Shown here one piece after another: positions 25,310-36,322 of a stretch of DNA of 64,000 bases; the first letter of the stretch is position 1, and every line of letters starts with the position of its first letter. Source of the stretch: Sporopachydermia quercuum (Eukaryota). Position numbers and translations under genes: made by a program. Location: assembly GCA_001599295.1 (NCBI GenBank), contig BCGN01000002.1:1488001-1552000 (forward strand), given 5' to 3'. Below the pieces are notes generated by a model. The model was not told where the DNA came from. It searched no databases and was given only the letters and a program-made list of their open reading frames with translations.

Positions 25310-26545
25310 CTAGTACATACCATTTCCAAATTCATGCATTACATATAACATAGAGAACTTAACAATGGCATTGCATACACAGATAAATTTACATAGGCAA
25401 AAGTTGCATTCATAANATACTTTTCTAGATAAATAAAAACTGGATATTACCTCGATTCAATCACCATTCCATAAATATGAAACGTTTCAGTTTCAATTTA
25501 TCATGTCATTCGTCAAATATTGTAGTATATACCTATAGTATTTCTCCCCTAAGCGAATCATAAGGTGGTTTATAACCCAGCAGCATGAATTATCAAGGGA
25601 CAGAGCGGAGATCTCTGATTGACTCTCTGTTCGGCCATTTATGCCCCAGTACGTTGTTTTCCGCGCAAATAGGCTTGGTATTCCAAACAGATAAATTCTC
25701 CGTGTTAAATATGTATATTTTAGTAAGTAGATCTATGATAACAGCTCACGTATAACGATATCCAGGAAGAAAAGAAACTATTTTCACTTCTTCTTTTTGT
25801 AGGTTTGATACTTCTCTTGTGCAGGGTAACCGTAGGGAGATTTGCTAAACAGTTCGAACAACTCTGTGCAAAGATTCGCATGACTTCTACATGACTTTTG
25901 CATTAAGTTGCATCATCTCTGCATGACTTGTACTTGAACATAAACTGGACATGATAGGCAGCGATCAATGGATAGATTTGAGAATGGATCGTTTAAATTC
26001 ACATCTTGACGTGACTGATTATAAGTAATGAGCTGATTATTTGGTAAGGTAAGCTTCTGGGTCCAGTAGGTTTGTTATTATTAAACCAATTGAACAGGTA
26101 GCTTGTGAGAAACAGAGTTATTTGGATCATGTGATCTACTGGTAATTGTTTGAAAATGGAAGGCTTAGATTAAATTCGCCCTTCATTCACTTCTGATGGA
26201 AAAAAAATAATTAAAAAATAAAAAAAGAGGTAATGAGTCTAAATGTTTACATAATTGATCGCAGAAATATTGTCAGGCTCTCAGTCATTAAACCAAGAGT
26301 GTATCATTTATATATATTGACTAATACATGTAAGAGAAAATGATATAGTTATGAACCTGTAAGCTTCAATTGGTACTTATTTCACTCACTTAATTGACTT
26401 TCATTTGATGTGATGGGAAGATGAAAATAGAAGTCTGATATTGTAGACAAAGAATGGCCATCCTATGCTTAATGGTGGATAACTAAATAATCAAACAAAT
26501 ATATCAGTTGTAGTCTATATAACAATTGATTTTAAAATTAAACAT

Positions 26546-27397
26546 CTAAGGCCAATCAGTTACCTCCCAATCAGTTGGTTCATGNACCTCAGGATGTTCG
26601 ATATTTTTCACATCTTCTTCACTTAACTCAAAGTTGTAAACATCAAGATTCTCCTTCATTCTACTAACACTTGAACTTTTTGGTAAAGGGATTCTACCCT
26701 TTTGTAAATTCCATCTAATGAGAACTTGAGCTGGTGATTTGCCATACTTCTTAGCAATACTAACTAATTCAGGACGATCAAGATACATTCCATGGGTCAA
26801 AGGAGAAAATGAACATATTTGAATACCATGCTCGGAATAAAACTCGCATAATTCAGTTCTCATACACCAAGGATGAGTCTCAACTTGATTCACCGCAGGT
26901 TTAATTGTTAATCCATCCCAAGCCAGCAATTCTTTCAAATGCCTGATGCCCCAATTTGATACTCCAATTGAACGAACAATGCCTGCATCGACAGCTTCTT
27001 GAAGTGCTTTCCATGTTCCCAATCTATCAGCAGGAGAACAACAAGGAGAATGCATTAAAATGAGATCAATGTATCCCAATTGTTTCACTTTATCAAAAGC
27101 TTCTTCAATAGCCTCTTTAGCTAATTCATAGGTGAAGTCATCCTGCCATAATTTTGTTGTGTAGAACACATCTTCTCTCTTATTGTCGGGTGCAGATTTG
27201 ATCCAATTATCAACACCTTCCCCAACTTCTTTCTCGTTATAATAAAGCTTAGCTGTGTCAACGTGTCTATATCCAACTTGTAATGCATCAAAAACATTTT
27301 TAGCAGTAACTGGTTTTGGCATTTCCCATGTACCGAAACCAATAGTTGGCATGAGAAAGCCACTGTTTAGCTTATATGCTTTACTAACTGTTACCAT
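26546..27397 (-). CDS. Aldo-keto reductase (YJR096W-like)
   Basis: GFGTW, GYRHVDTA..Y.NE, TTKLW, LILMHSP, SIGVSNW, VNQVETHPW, PLPKS; catalytic D/Y/K/H tetrad present. Confidence 0.93.
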   Translation of the reverse strand: MVTVSKAYKLNSGFLMPTIGFGTWEMPKPVTAKNVFDALQVGYRHVDTAKLYYNEKEVGEGVDNWIKSAPDNKREDVFYTTKLWQDDFTYELAKEAIEEAFDKVKQLGYIDLILMHSPCCSPADRLGTWKALQEAVDAGIVRSIGVSNWGIRHLKELLAWDGLTIKPAVNQVETHPWCMRTELCEFYSEHGIQICSFSPLTHGMYLDRPELVSIAKKYGKSPAQVLIRWNLQKGRIPLPKSSSVSRMKENLDVYNFELSEEDVKNIEHPEXHEPTDWEVTDWP

Positions 27398-28589
27398 CTT
27401 GTTTTCTTTGAATACTTCAGCGATTATTGATTAGGAGCTTTCATGTTACGACACCAATTATCAATTGTCCTTCTTGTCAATCGAGAGTACGATTCCTTCT
27501 ATTAATCCAAGTACTCAATTGCTAGTTCAAATGTAATCTTTGCTCAGAACAATTTATCTTCCCACAAGGATTAACCTATCTTTATATACTTTAGCTTGTG
27601 ATAGTTGAAACTTTGAATCGAAACTTTGATTCAATTGCAATGACTCAACTCTAAATAATTTCATAACTCAATCCAATCTAATGCCTTTGTTTCTTTTCTA
27701 TTACTTAACTGTTTGATCAATTACTGATAAGACAGTACTCTTTCCCTCTTTAATGAAAATAAAGCTTGACTGATTGCTTGATAGGGGAGCATCCTGCCTA
27801 TTAAGGAAAGTCTAATAACGGAACTATTTTCCCTTTCTTGGTATAATAGTAATTGTTCCGATAGTTGGGATACTGAGAGTATTTTATTGATTGGAATATT
27901 AAATATTTCGTATAGTATGAAATGCTATGGTGTTCTCATGTCATGTATGTGTGGTCTCGCCATTTAACTGATAGTTGAAGTATATAGCCAGGGAGTAGAA
28001 AAGAAGACCAAGCGGTTGAGTTTCATGATTAGACTGGATGAGTGAAAGAATTGAACAAGAACAATCGTAAAGGTATTATTTGAATTCAGATAAAAAAGAG
28101 AAATTCTGAATGTGGACTGGCAAGTGATGATTAGTTTGGTTTATTCATTGTATTGTTTTGTTGTATGAAAAAGTGATTGTAATTTGAATGCTATGGTTGA
28201 ATTTGGTTTCAGCAATTGAATAAGAGTAAATGATTTGATAAATTAATATTCAATGACGACTGATTATTAGAATTAGTTGATTATTTCATACGAAATTAAA
28301 CCTGCAAAAATGGTTCCATTTACAAGTTCTTTATAAAGAAAAATGGTTTCCCATGGAATCAAGTTTCTGATGAATCTGATCGTTGAGAAAAAAAAGTATA
28401 TTTTATGAATAAAAGTTGATAAAGTACCAGTGAAAAAAGAAAGAAAATATAAGGAAAATAAGACAATTGAAAATGAACCCAAAATAATTTATAGTATGTA
28501 ACCAATCACTAACGAAAGAAAGAATGATGAAATGACGTTTTATCATCAGCATGTTACGAGTTAATTCTTTCAATTGATGAATAAATTGA

Positions 28590-29222
28590 CTAGGCAAAGT
28601 CCCCATAAATACCAACCACACCTATAACAAAACCTAAAAATGATAAACTGACAGCACGTTTCAATGTTGTTAATGTTCTGTCAACCTTAGCATTTAGTTC
28701 AACTGAATTAATAAAAGATGTTGGCGTTGATGCTGATGAATCGCTCTTTCCTGAGACTGTAATTGAATCTGAACCTTCGCTTGAATTAACTAAGACAATG
28801 CTAGAGTCAACAGGGAGCTCGTCGTTCTTCTCCGTAGTAGATATGGCATTGACAGCTGAAAAGTCCAAGCTCGAAATCAAGTCAATATATGCAGGGAAAA
28901 TCTTGAAATATCCAATAGCTCCATTAGCTAAAATTGTTGCGATTGAGTAGATGAGATAAGGATGTTTATTTTTTCCAGCAAAGAATGCAAACAATAATGC
29001 ACCAATTGCGATAGATGATGTTCTTGAGATAATCTTGAAAGATTTCTTAGCAATTCCGGTAATTATATTGTACAAATCTGATGTTGTCTTACCAGAAGTC
29101 GCACTATAGTTGATAATATCCTTCACTGTTGGGATAGTGACTTTAGCAGCGGTAAACAAAGACCCTGACATCACTCCAAGAGCCAGGACTCCTATAACTT
29201 TTGCTGGTACTGTAGAAACCAT
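28590..29222 (-). CDS. Mitochondrial outer-membrane protein of the Atg33/Scm4 family
   Basis: N-terminal 'KVIGVLALGVMSG', central 'KHPYLIYS', C-terminal 'GF.IGVVGIYGD'; four hydrophobic segments. Confidence 0.8.
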   Translation of the reverse strand: MVSTVPAKVIGVLALGVMSGSLFTAAKVTIPTVKDIINYSATSGKTTSDLYNIITGIAKKSFKIISRTSSIAIGALLFAFFAGKNKHPYLIYSIATILANGAIGYFKIFPAYIDLISSLDFSAVNAISTTEKNDELPVDSSIVLVNSSEGSDSITVSGKSDSSASTPTSFINSVELNAKVDRTLTTLKRAVSLSFLGFVIGVVGIYGDFA

Positions 29223-29567
29223 TATTTAAATCCTGAATTATTTAACTGTTAATTTACTGTTTAAATAATCGTAGAAATCCTCATACGTTGATTGATACAA
29301 GGAATAGTAACAAATGAGGTTGATCTATCCTTCTGTGAATCCTTGGCGTCTTAAAACTATTGTTGTCCTGAGCTTCTACAACGACTACTAATAAATTTTA
29401 ATGAAAGTGGGCAAAAAGTTTCAATAAAATACTATCAAACAGATTCAGTATTCACTCTCTCTTACTTTCAAAGAAGAACGCAAAAGAGCCTAGACAAACG
29501 GCACACTCGTTGAAATATAATTAATCAGAAAGACCCAATTTGCAATGACATAGGTGATTTGATGGTC

Positions 29568-29602
29568 TGTGTGGCGTACATAGTTACCATGTACGCCACA
29601 CA
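29568..29602. repeat. Perfect 14-bp inverted repeat with a 7-nt spacer
   Basis: TGTGTGGCGTACAT-AGTTACC-ATGTACGCCACACA. Confidence 0.95.
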
Positions 29603-30136
29603 AATCAATTATTTGTCCGATATCTTGGTTGGTTTTATCTGGTAATTACAGTATATAAGTAAATCTTTTATATGTCCTATGGCACTAATTTCAATATACT
29701 AACCGGACACACCTCCTGATAATGGTTTACTGATAAGGTGATAAAGTATTCGATTGGAAGGTAAACTGGTTCATATGATGACCTGTGTCTGAGGCAAGGA
29801 TTATAACAATGACTGAGTAGTGGAAAAATATGAGCATTCTATTACGGTTCTTTCGGTATACTGTGATGACTTCAAAGTTTTTCAGAGAACATTCAATGTA
29901 CTGACTGGTAAGTTTCTGGGTAATCTTTAACTTCATCTGGCGACGTGAGCTAGACTGGAAGCAACGGTGAAACAAACGACGCTGGCTCAAACTGGTTTTA
30001 GTTGATTATCCTCAGGTTAACTGTCATTTAATCCAGCGTAAGGATACCTTTTTTTTGTTATTTTCTTCTTCTATTTCTTTGATTATTCTGCGTTTAATGT
30101 AAATCCTGTCGGGAAGCTGGTTGCAATGAACTTTCA

Positions 30137-30165
30137 TCACGTGAGTATATAGTTTTGTCACGTGA
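30137..30165. promoter_or_regulatory. Paired Cbf1/Tye7-type E-boxes upstream of RDH54
   Basis: TCACGTGA at 30137-30144 and GTCACGTGA at 30157-30165. Confidence 0.55.
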
Positions 30166-30293
30166 ACAAATTTTGTACGCGACGGGATCTTCATTTAAGT
30201 AATCAAATGGTGTTTACTGTTGATCATTCAATACCATTTACACACTTCTACGTGTTATCTGATGCTTTTTACTTTAATGTAGAGTGTAGGACC

Positions 30294-33200
30294 ATGGCAA
30301 GTTTAGGAACTCTTTCCAATAGTGTGAGGAAGCCTTTTAAGCCTCCACGGATGATCCGTGATGGCAATTCAACCTCTGCAGTTCGAGAGCCAGTACTGGA
30401 CTCATCATCACCAACAAGAATAGAAACAGGTATAACAACCACAACAATAGTTACAACTACAGGGCTTGAATCAACTATTTCTAAGAGGTCTAATGTTGAA
30501 GAAAACATATTACTGGTATGGGATAACGAAAATAATGATCCAGCTAACCATAAAGCTACAGAATTGGTCTCATGCTCGAAAAAACGGAAAGTGGTTGGAA
30601 TCCCCAGAGACAGAACAATGGTTAGAAATGTATTNTACGGGGAAAGCAAACCATTAGAAGCAATGGAATCAAATGTTTCTGTCTCGCTAGCTGAAAAATC
30701 AAAGAATCTGTGCACTAACTCGAATAAAGCAGACGGATCGAATGGCTGTAATGATTCACATAAAACTATAACTTACGAAATTATGTATCGAAAACCTAGT
30801 GGGAAGAAGAATAAAACTTGGGATAATGATGGGTTTCTTATCACTGTTGCTGATTCTCGTGATAAGTTTGGTAGGGCAATTGTCAGAAGTCCCAATGGTA
30901 AAGTTATAACGAAAGGGAGATATGATAATCATGGACAGTTTCCTACAGGATCTGAGATAGTGATAGGGAATATGGAAGTTCAGATACAACAAATAGTTGG
31001 AAGTTTCCAACCTACAGCAACAAAGGATAACGACCAACAGCAGCTACAGTTGCAGCCAAAGTTGCAGTTATCTTCTCGTCCAATGTTCAAACAAAAGGCA
31101 AGTGGGCAAAGCCTGCCTGCTCCGAAGAAACTAAAGCCTGCAAGAAATTTGAGCTTACATGACCCAACTGCTCCTGACGCACTAGTTCTATCTAGACCAA
31201 AATTGACAGCCCCTGGAACAAGAATTCGGGATGTAGTAGTAGACCCTTTATTAGCAAAACATCTAAGGCCGCATCAAAAATCTGGTGTACAGTTTTTGTA
31301 TGAATGTGTTATGGGAATGCGTCATCAAGATTGCCATGGTGGCTTATTAGCAGACGAAATGGGATTAGGAAAGACTCTCACAACTATTACCTTAATATGG
31401 ACTCTTTTAAAACAAAATCCTTTAGTTGGGCAACTTCCTGTTGCCAGAAGAGTACTAATCGTATGCCCCGTTACATTAACAAGACAATGGAGACGTGAAT
31501 TCAAAAAATGGCTGGGATCTGATCGAGTTCATGTGTTTCTTGCCGATGGTTCGGCTGATGTCAAGTCATTCACTTATGGCTCTGTTTATAATGTGATGAT
31601 TGTAGGATATGAAAAACTGCTAGGACTTCATAAAGAACTTGTTAAAAGTAGTAATAAGATTGATTTAGTAGTTGTCGATGAAGGTCATCGATTGAAAAGT
31701 TTGAAGAATAAAGTCTCTAAAGCAATATTAGCTTTAGAAGCCGAGAAGAAAGTTCTATTAACAGGAACACCAATTCAGAATGATCTAGGAGAATTTTTCT
31801 CAGTTATGGATCTTCTAAATCCTGGTTTTCTTGGAGCTGCAGCTGATTTTCGTCGTCGATTTGAAATACCTATAATGAGATCTCGTGATACTTGTGCATC
31901 TCCAGACCAAATAGCTCGTGGTGCAGAAGCTTTGAATGAACTATCAGCATTGTCCCAATTGGTGGTCTTAAGACATACAGCTCAAGAGAACCTAAAGCAT
32001 TTACCTCCAAGAACAGATTACGTGTTATTCTTCAAACCTACAAAAAAGCAAATGAAGGTCTACAAGCAATTATTACCTGACTTGAATGAATTAAAGGAAA
32101 ATNTGTCAAGTAATAATCATTTAGTTTTGATAGGTACACTACAAAAACTATGTAATGCTCCTAGCCTATTAAATGATACTGTTGAGAATAAACAGGATAT
32201 CAATGGGCATTCTTCCAAAACGAAATTTCTCTTGAAAATCTTACAGGAAATCTATGAAAATACAGATGAGAAAGTAATAGTAGTTTCTCGATATACCAAA
32301 GCTTTAAATGTACTGGAGAAAGAGTTTCGAAAGGAAGGATTCCCATTGGCACGGCTTGACGGTATAACTGATCACCAAAAGCGGCAAGTAGCAGTGAATC
32401 TATTCAATAACGCTCCGCAGTATAAGTGCTATGTTTTGTTGTTATCGGCTAAGAGTGGAGGTGTAGGATTGAATCTTGTTGGTGGTTCTAGACTTTTCCT
32501 TTATGATACCGATTGGAATCCATCTGTTGATTTACAAGCTATGGCAAGAATACATAGAGAAGGTCAAACAAAGCCAACATTTGTCTATAGAATGTTAACT
32601 AGTGGGACTATTGAAGAGAAGATTTTCCAACGTCAAATAACTAAGACAAGTTTGGCCAACCAATTGATGGGTCAATCTGAAAGTAATAAGAAGAATATCC
32701 AAAGCAAGAATGATAGATCTGACACGAATACTTTCTCTTATTCTGAGTTGAAAGATCTGTTTACTCTGTATGAGAATACAATATCCAATACACATGATTT
32801 ACTGCAATGTGATTGTTTAAGCAGGCCAGAAACTGAAAATGAAAGGAACGCTGGAAGTGTTGAGATAAAGGACAAAAGTTCTGATGGTGATAAGTATAAA
32901 TATGATGAACTAACAGACAAAAGATTTAATGTCATGGCGGATAAGTACACTAGCAAGGAAACTAGGTTGGCAAAAGGTTGGATTTCAGCTGCTAAAGTTG
33001 AAGAATCTATTGAGGAACAAGAACGAGAGAGGAAAAAGAATGCTATGAAGATGCTATTACTGTATAGACATATTGATCCTCAAGAAGCTATAGAGGCATT
33101 CAAGAAACAAGCAGAATTACGTGCTGAAACTGAAAAGGCAGAAAAAGAAAAAGAGGGTCAGAGAGAAAAAACTTGCAGTGAAAATGATATTGATGGTGAT

Positions 33201-33527
33201 TCTGGTGAAAGCCTGTTTTTATCTATTGGTGATGATGAGCAGGAAGAGCTTGACTCAGAAAGAGATCAAACGGTGGAGAGAATTGGTTCTGATACTGAGA
33301 ACACTATTGAGGTTGTTGTGAATACTGAGATTAAGAATGACACAGATGTTAACAGCATTAGCGATAAAATAATAGAACAAATGGAAATAGAAGAAGAGAA
33401 AGAATTATTAGAAGATCAGTTGTTAGAATCAGTAATAAAGAACAATAAGAACCTCTCTTTATCACTAATATTTGAAAAGATGCATAGTAACTGCGACACT
33501 ATAGAAGGTCCCAAGAATAATGAATGA
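30294..33527 (+). CDS. RDH54: SNF2-family DNA translocase Rdh54/Tid1 (Rad54B-like); probable start 30294
   Basis: N-terminal 'RKPFKPP' and 'YRKPSGKKNKTWDNDG' typical of Rdh54; LADEMGLGKT, DEGH, LTGTPIQNDL, WNPSVDLQAMARIHREGQ, THDLLQCDC. The ORF-track start at 30162 is a GTG inside an E-box. Confidence 0.92.
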   Translation: MASLGTLSNSVRKPFKPPRMIRDGNSTSAVREPVLDSSSPTRIETGITTTTIVTTTGLESTISKRSNVEENILLVWDNENNDPANHKATELVSCSKKRKVVGIPRDRTMVRNVXYGESKPLEAMESNVSVSLAEKSKNLCTNSNKADGSNGCNDSHKTITYEIMYRKPSGKKNKTWDNDGFLITVADSRDKFGRAIVRSPNGKVITKGRYDNHGQFPTGSEIVIGNMEVQIQQIVGSFQPTATKDNDQQQLQLQPKLQLSSRPMFKQKASGQSLPAPKKLKPARNLSLHDPTAPDALVLSRPKLTAPGTRIRDVVVDPLLAKHLRPHQKSGVQFLYECVMGMRHQDCHGGLLADEMGLGKTLTTITLIWTLLKQNPLVGQLPVARRVLIVCPVTLTRQWRREFKKWLGSDRVHVFLADGSADVKSFTYGSVYNVMIVGYEKLLGLHKELVKSSNKIDLVVVDEGHRLKSLKNKVSKAILALEAEKKVLLTGTPIQNDLGEFFSVMDLLNPGFLGAAADFRRRFEIPIMRSRDTCASPDQIARGAEALNELSALSQLVVLRHTAQENLKHLPPRTDYVLFFKPTKKQMKVYKQLLPDLNELKENXSSNNHLVLIGTLQKLCNAPSLLNDTVENKQDINGHSSKTKFLLKILQEIYENTDEKVIVVSRYTKALNVLEKEFRKEGFPLARLDGITDHQKRQVAVNLFNNAPQYKCYVLLLSAKSGGVGLNLVGGSRLFLYDTDWNPSVDLQAMARIHREGQTKPTFVYRMLTSGTIEEKIFQRQITKTSLANQLMGQSESNKKNIQSKNDRSDTNTFSYSELKDLFTLYENTISNTHDLLQCDCLSRPETENERNAGSVEIKDKSSDGDKYKYDELTDKRFNVMADKYTSKETRLAKGWISAAKVEESIEEQERERKKNAMKMLLLYRHIDPQEAIEAFKKQAELRAETEKAEKEKEGQREKTCSENDIDGDSGESLFLSIGDDEQEELDSERDQTVERIGSDTENTIEVVVNTEIKNDTDVNSISDKIIEQMEIEEEKELLEDQLLESVIKNNKNLSLSLIFEKMHSNCDTIEGPKNNE

Positions 33528-33999
33528 GTATAACTCAATGATAAATAATATACACACGAGAGGTTACAATTGGTTTAGAATGAGTTTACTCCGGCTACTT
33601 ATTACGTTTGAGGGTGTTAATGATTACTCTCTGATGAGTAAACGATAGAGCTAGATAGAAAGAAACAGTATGGATGCAGGTAATTGGATGAAGATTGGGG
33701 GCAACTCTCCTCTATAAAGAAGAGAATAGGTTAAATTAAACACAGTTATTAACAGTTATAATTTACCGGTATAATAACTATTAAAATTACAAAAGAAAAG
33801 AATTAAATGAATGACAAAGTCTAGCATGTATGTATCATGCTTACCCTTGAATAATTACTATCAACTTATATAGTAAACATAGAGCTTAACACAGTTATGT
33901 ACATGATCAATATAATGATAAAAGAGCTNATTATTTCCTGTTACCTAACTATTATCATCATTATTACCCACATTTTTTGTATAACAGCAAAGATCACTG

Positions 34000-36036
34000 T
34001 TATTTTTTCATGGCTTTCATTCTGGCTTCAGCAGCACGAGCTGCTTGTTCTCCCATTAATCTTCTTCTAACACTATCACTGATACCTGCCATATTCACTT
34101 CTGAACGAAGAGCTGCATCACCACCAACAGCACCACTACTATTGAATCTCATCTTAGCTTTTTCTGCTTTCAGTTTCTCTTCTTCAGCTTCTAATGCCTT
34201 TTTCACTTCATTTTGTAGTAATTGGCGATTCTCATCTAAATCTTTCTTCTTTGCTAATTCTAGTTCTTCATNATCTTGTCTTAATAATTCTTCTACTTCA
34301 GCTCGAGATAAAGGTGGCCCAATCTTAGTTTTTGGCCAGTCCCATGTATTCTTTGCAAGCAAGTCACGGGCTTGTCTAAAAGCATATTCATTTTCTTTTG
34401 ACTTCACCAGTTGGTATGCTGTTCTACCTGAATCATTGGTTAGTTCAGGGTTGGCTCTGATCACAGTCAATAAAGGTGTGATTATATAGGGAGAAGCATG
34501 AGATGCAGCATAAAACAACGGTGTTGGTGTTGATTTGTATAAAGTAGCAGGCTCGAGGGCAAAATCAGGATCAATCTTGTTCTTTTTGAAATAAAGAACC
34601 AACGGCGCAGTTTTATTTCGTTTACATAGTTTGATGAATTGTTGTGTATGTTCTTCGTTTTCTGAAATAGATGGCAATTTTGATACCTTAGATTGATTTG
34701 CTCCAGCCTTAGTTGGTTGGGATGTATTCGTTCTCAGTTTATGTTTGAGCTGTCTATTAGGAATATCAAGGGTAGTCAAATGAGAAAGTAACGTCCATGA
34801 TCGTTTCAATTCACTAGTAGTTGGTCTTGCTGTAGTGAAAGGAAAACCTTTGATTCTTTCATCATTCGAAGATATTGGTGCACCTTCATAGCCAATTAAA
34901 ACTTTTCTATTAGAAGCACCATTTGCTCTTATATAAATGGAGTCTGCTGTACTAATATAGTCTTTCCATGATGCTAATAAATCTCTGATATCTTTGGCTA
35001 GAGCAGCTTCATTATACCTTCTTAAACTAGAGCCAGCAGAATTAGCTTTCCCATGAGCATTATCGCTCGCTGATTGAGATCCACCTTGTTTCCTTCTTGT
35101 TGTGTATCTATGGAAAGTTTTATGTATCAGAAAGTTAACTGTGTTTGATGGATCTTTGTTAGGAGTATGAGAAACCACAGCACCAGCAAAATGACCACCA
35201 CCAATCATCAAAAGAATAGAATGGCTGTTTATCTTTCTCTGCCTATCCCTTAAAGCCAGTACAGGATCGTTCAATTCTTTCTTGCTCAGTATTGATTTGA
35301 ATAAACCAAAACATTTACCTTTTGAGGCCAGGGGACTTCGAAAAAGAATATAAGGAGTATTTGATGCTAACAAAGTAACAAAATCTTGTTCGTGGTGTAG
35401 ATTCTGTTGATCAAAAGATTGTTTTTCCTTCTCTAATTCGTCTTTCAACAGTTCACCTAATTTATCGTCAAAATCATCTGATGAATCTCCATCCTCTTCT
35501 TCTTCTTCTTCTTCTCCTCCGTCCTTCTCATTGTGATCATCAGAAGTGTCTGATTCTGAGTCGGATGACGTTGATATTTTTGAATCCTTTAATTGGCTCA
35601 CCAATTTATCAAATTCTGATTCTGATGCAGAGTCCAATCCATCAAGTCGTCGTTTCATATTATATCTATGAAACTGGCTCTTGAAATGCGAACGATATTC
35701 TATTTTACTGACATCAAATGAAAACTGGATTCCACATTGTGCACATTCTTTATTTTCAATATCAGTTCCCTTTACTTCTTTTGCTTCGTTGCTTTCATCT
35801 GAGGCTTCCAGTGATTCTGTATCGGTTGTAAGTCTTTCAGGTTCGCTTTCATGATTTGAAGCAATTGATGCTTCTTCAGCTACTGAACCATCGACATGAA
35901 AATAGATAGGATCTAGAGAACTGAGCACAGATTCTTGTAAAGAGTATAAATACAGTCTATCAGCTGTTCGACTTGGCTTACTAGCGTTTGGTTTCTCACT
36001 TGCACCTATCTTAGGTGTTTGTGTAGGTGTGGACAT
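34000..36036 (-). CDS. VMS1: Vms1/ANKZF1 ribosome-quality-control peptidyl-tRNA release factor and Cdc48 cofactor
   Basis: Zinc finger (C..C...RSHFKSQFHRYNMKR), VLRF1 domain (GGGHFAGA, HKTFHRYTTRRKQGGSQS, ANSAGSSLRRYNE), ankyrin-like region and C-terminal VIM-like motif. Confidence 0.96.
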   Translation of the reverse strand: MSTPTQTPKIGASEKPNASKPSRTADRLYLYSLQESVLSSLDPIYFHVDGSVAEEASIASNHESEPERLTTDTESLEASDESNEAKEVKGTDIENKECAQCGIQFSFDVSKIEYRSHFKSQFHRYNMKRRLDGLDSASESEFDKLVSQLKDSKISTSSDSESDTSDDHNEKDGGEEEEEEEDGDSSDDFDDKLGELLKDELEKEKQSFDQQNLHHEQDFVTLLASNTPYILFRSPLASKGKCFGLFKSILSKKELNDPVLALRDRQRKINSHSILLMIGGGHFAGAVVSHTPNKDPSNTVNFLIHKTFHRYTTRRKQGGSQSASDNAHGKANSAGSSLRRYNEAALAKDIRDLLASWKDYISTADSIYIRANGASNRKVLIGYEGAPISSNDERIKGFPFTTARPTTSELKRSWTLLSHLTTLDIPNRQLKHKLRTNTSQPTKAGANQSKVSKLPSISENEEHTQQFIKLCKRNKTAPLVLYFKKNKIDPDFALEPATLYKSTPTPLFYAASHASPYIITPLLTVIRANPELTNDSGRTAYQLVKSKENEYAFRQARDLLAKNTWDWPKTKIGPPLSRAEVEELLRQDXEELELAKKKDLDENRQLLQNEVKKALEAEEEKLKAEKAKMRFNSSGAVGGDAALRSEVNMAGISDSVRRRLMGEQAARAAEARMKAMKK

Positions 36037-36313
36037 AANAAATGCGAATGCAATTTGTTGACGAACACCGCTGTAGAAGATTTAAGATTATTCTATACAA
36101 CCAATTGATAGCAATAAAGGAAGGTTTGTTGAGAAGTAAAATAAAAAAATACTTCTAGCTAAGCGGTTTACTAGTACTGACAATGAGAGGTTCAAACTGT
36201 CAGTTCTCCTAATGCTAGTTGTTCTTAATGGAAATGAAAGGTCAGTACACGAGATCGATCCAGCGAAATAGCTCAATGTACGGATTCTCTTTCTTTATCA
36301 AGTAGAAGCAGTT

Positions 36314-36322
36314 TTTGCCACT
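36314..36322 (-). promoter_or_regulatory. Rpn4 PACE-like element upstream of VMS1
   Basis: AGTGGCAAA on the minus strand about 280 nt upstream of the start of a Cdc48/proteasome-linked gene. Confidence 0.5.

Noticed and set aside
29727..29990. 87-aa minus-strand ORF with a presequence-like start (SQRRLFHRCF)
   Set aside because: Starts at TTG with an in-frame stop just upstream, and has no recognisable homology.
29990..30050. Resemblance to a TPP riboswitch 3' half (TAATCCAGCGTAAGGA) or, on the minus strand, to the U4 snRNA 5' end (ATCCTTACGC...TGAGGAT)
   Set aside because: No CTGAGA element or thiamine gene context for TPP; no kink-turn partner, stem I or Sm site for U4.
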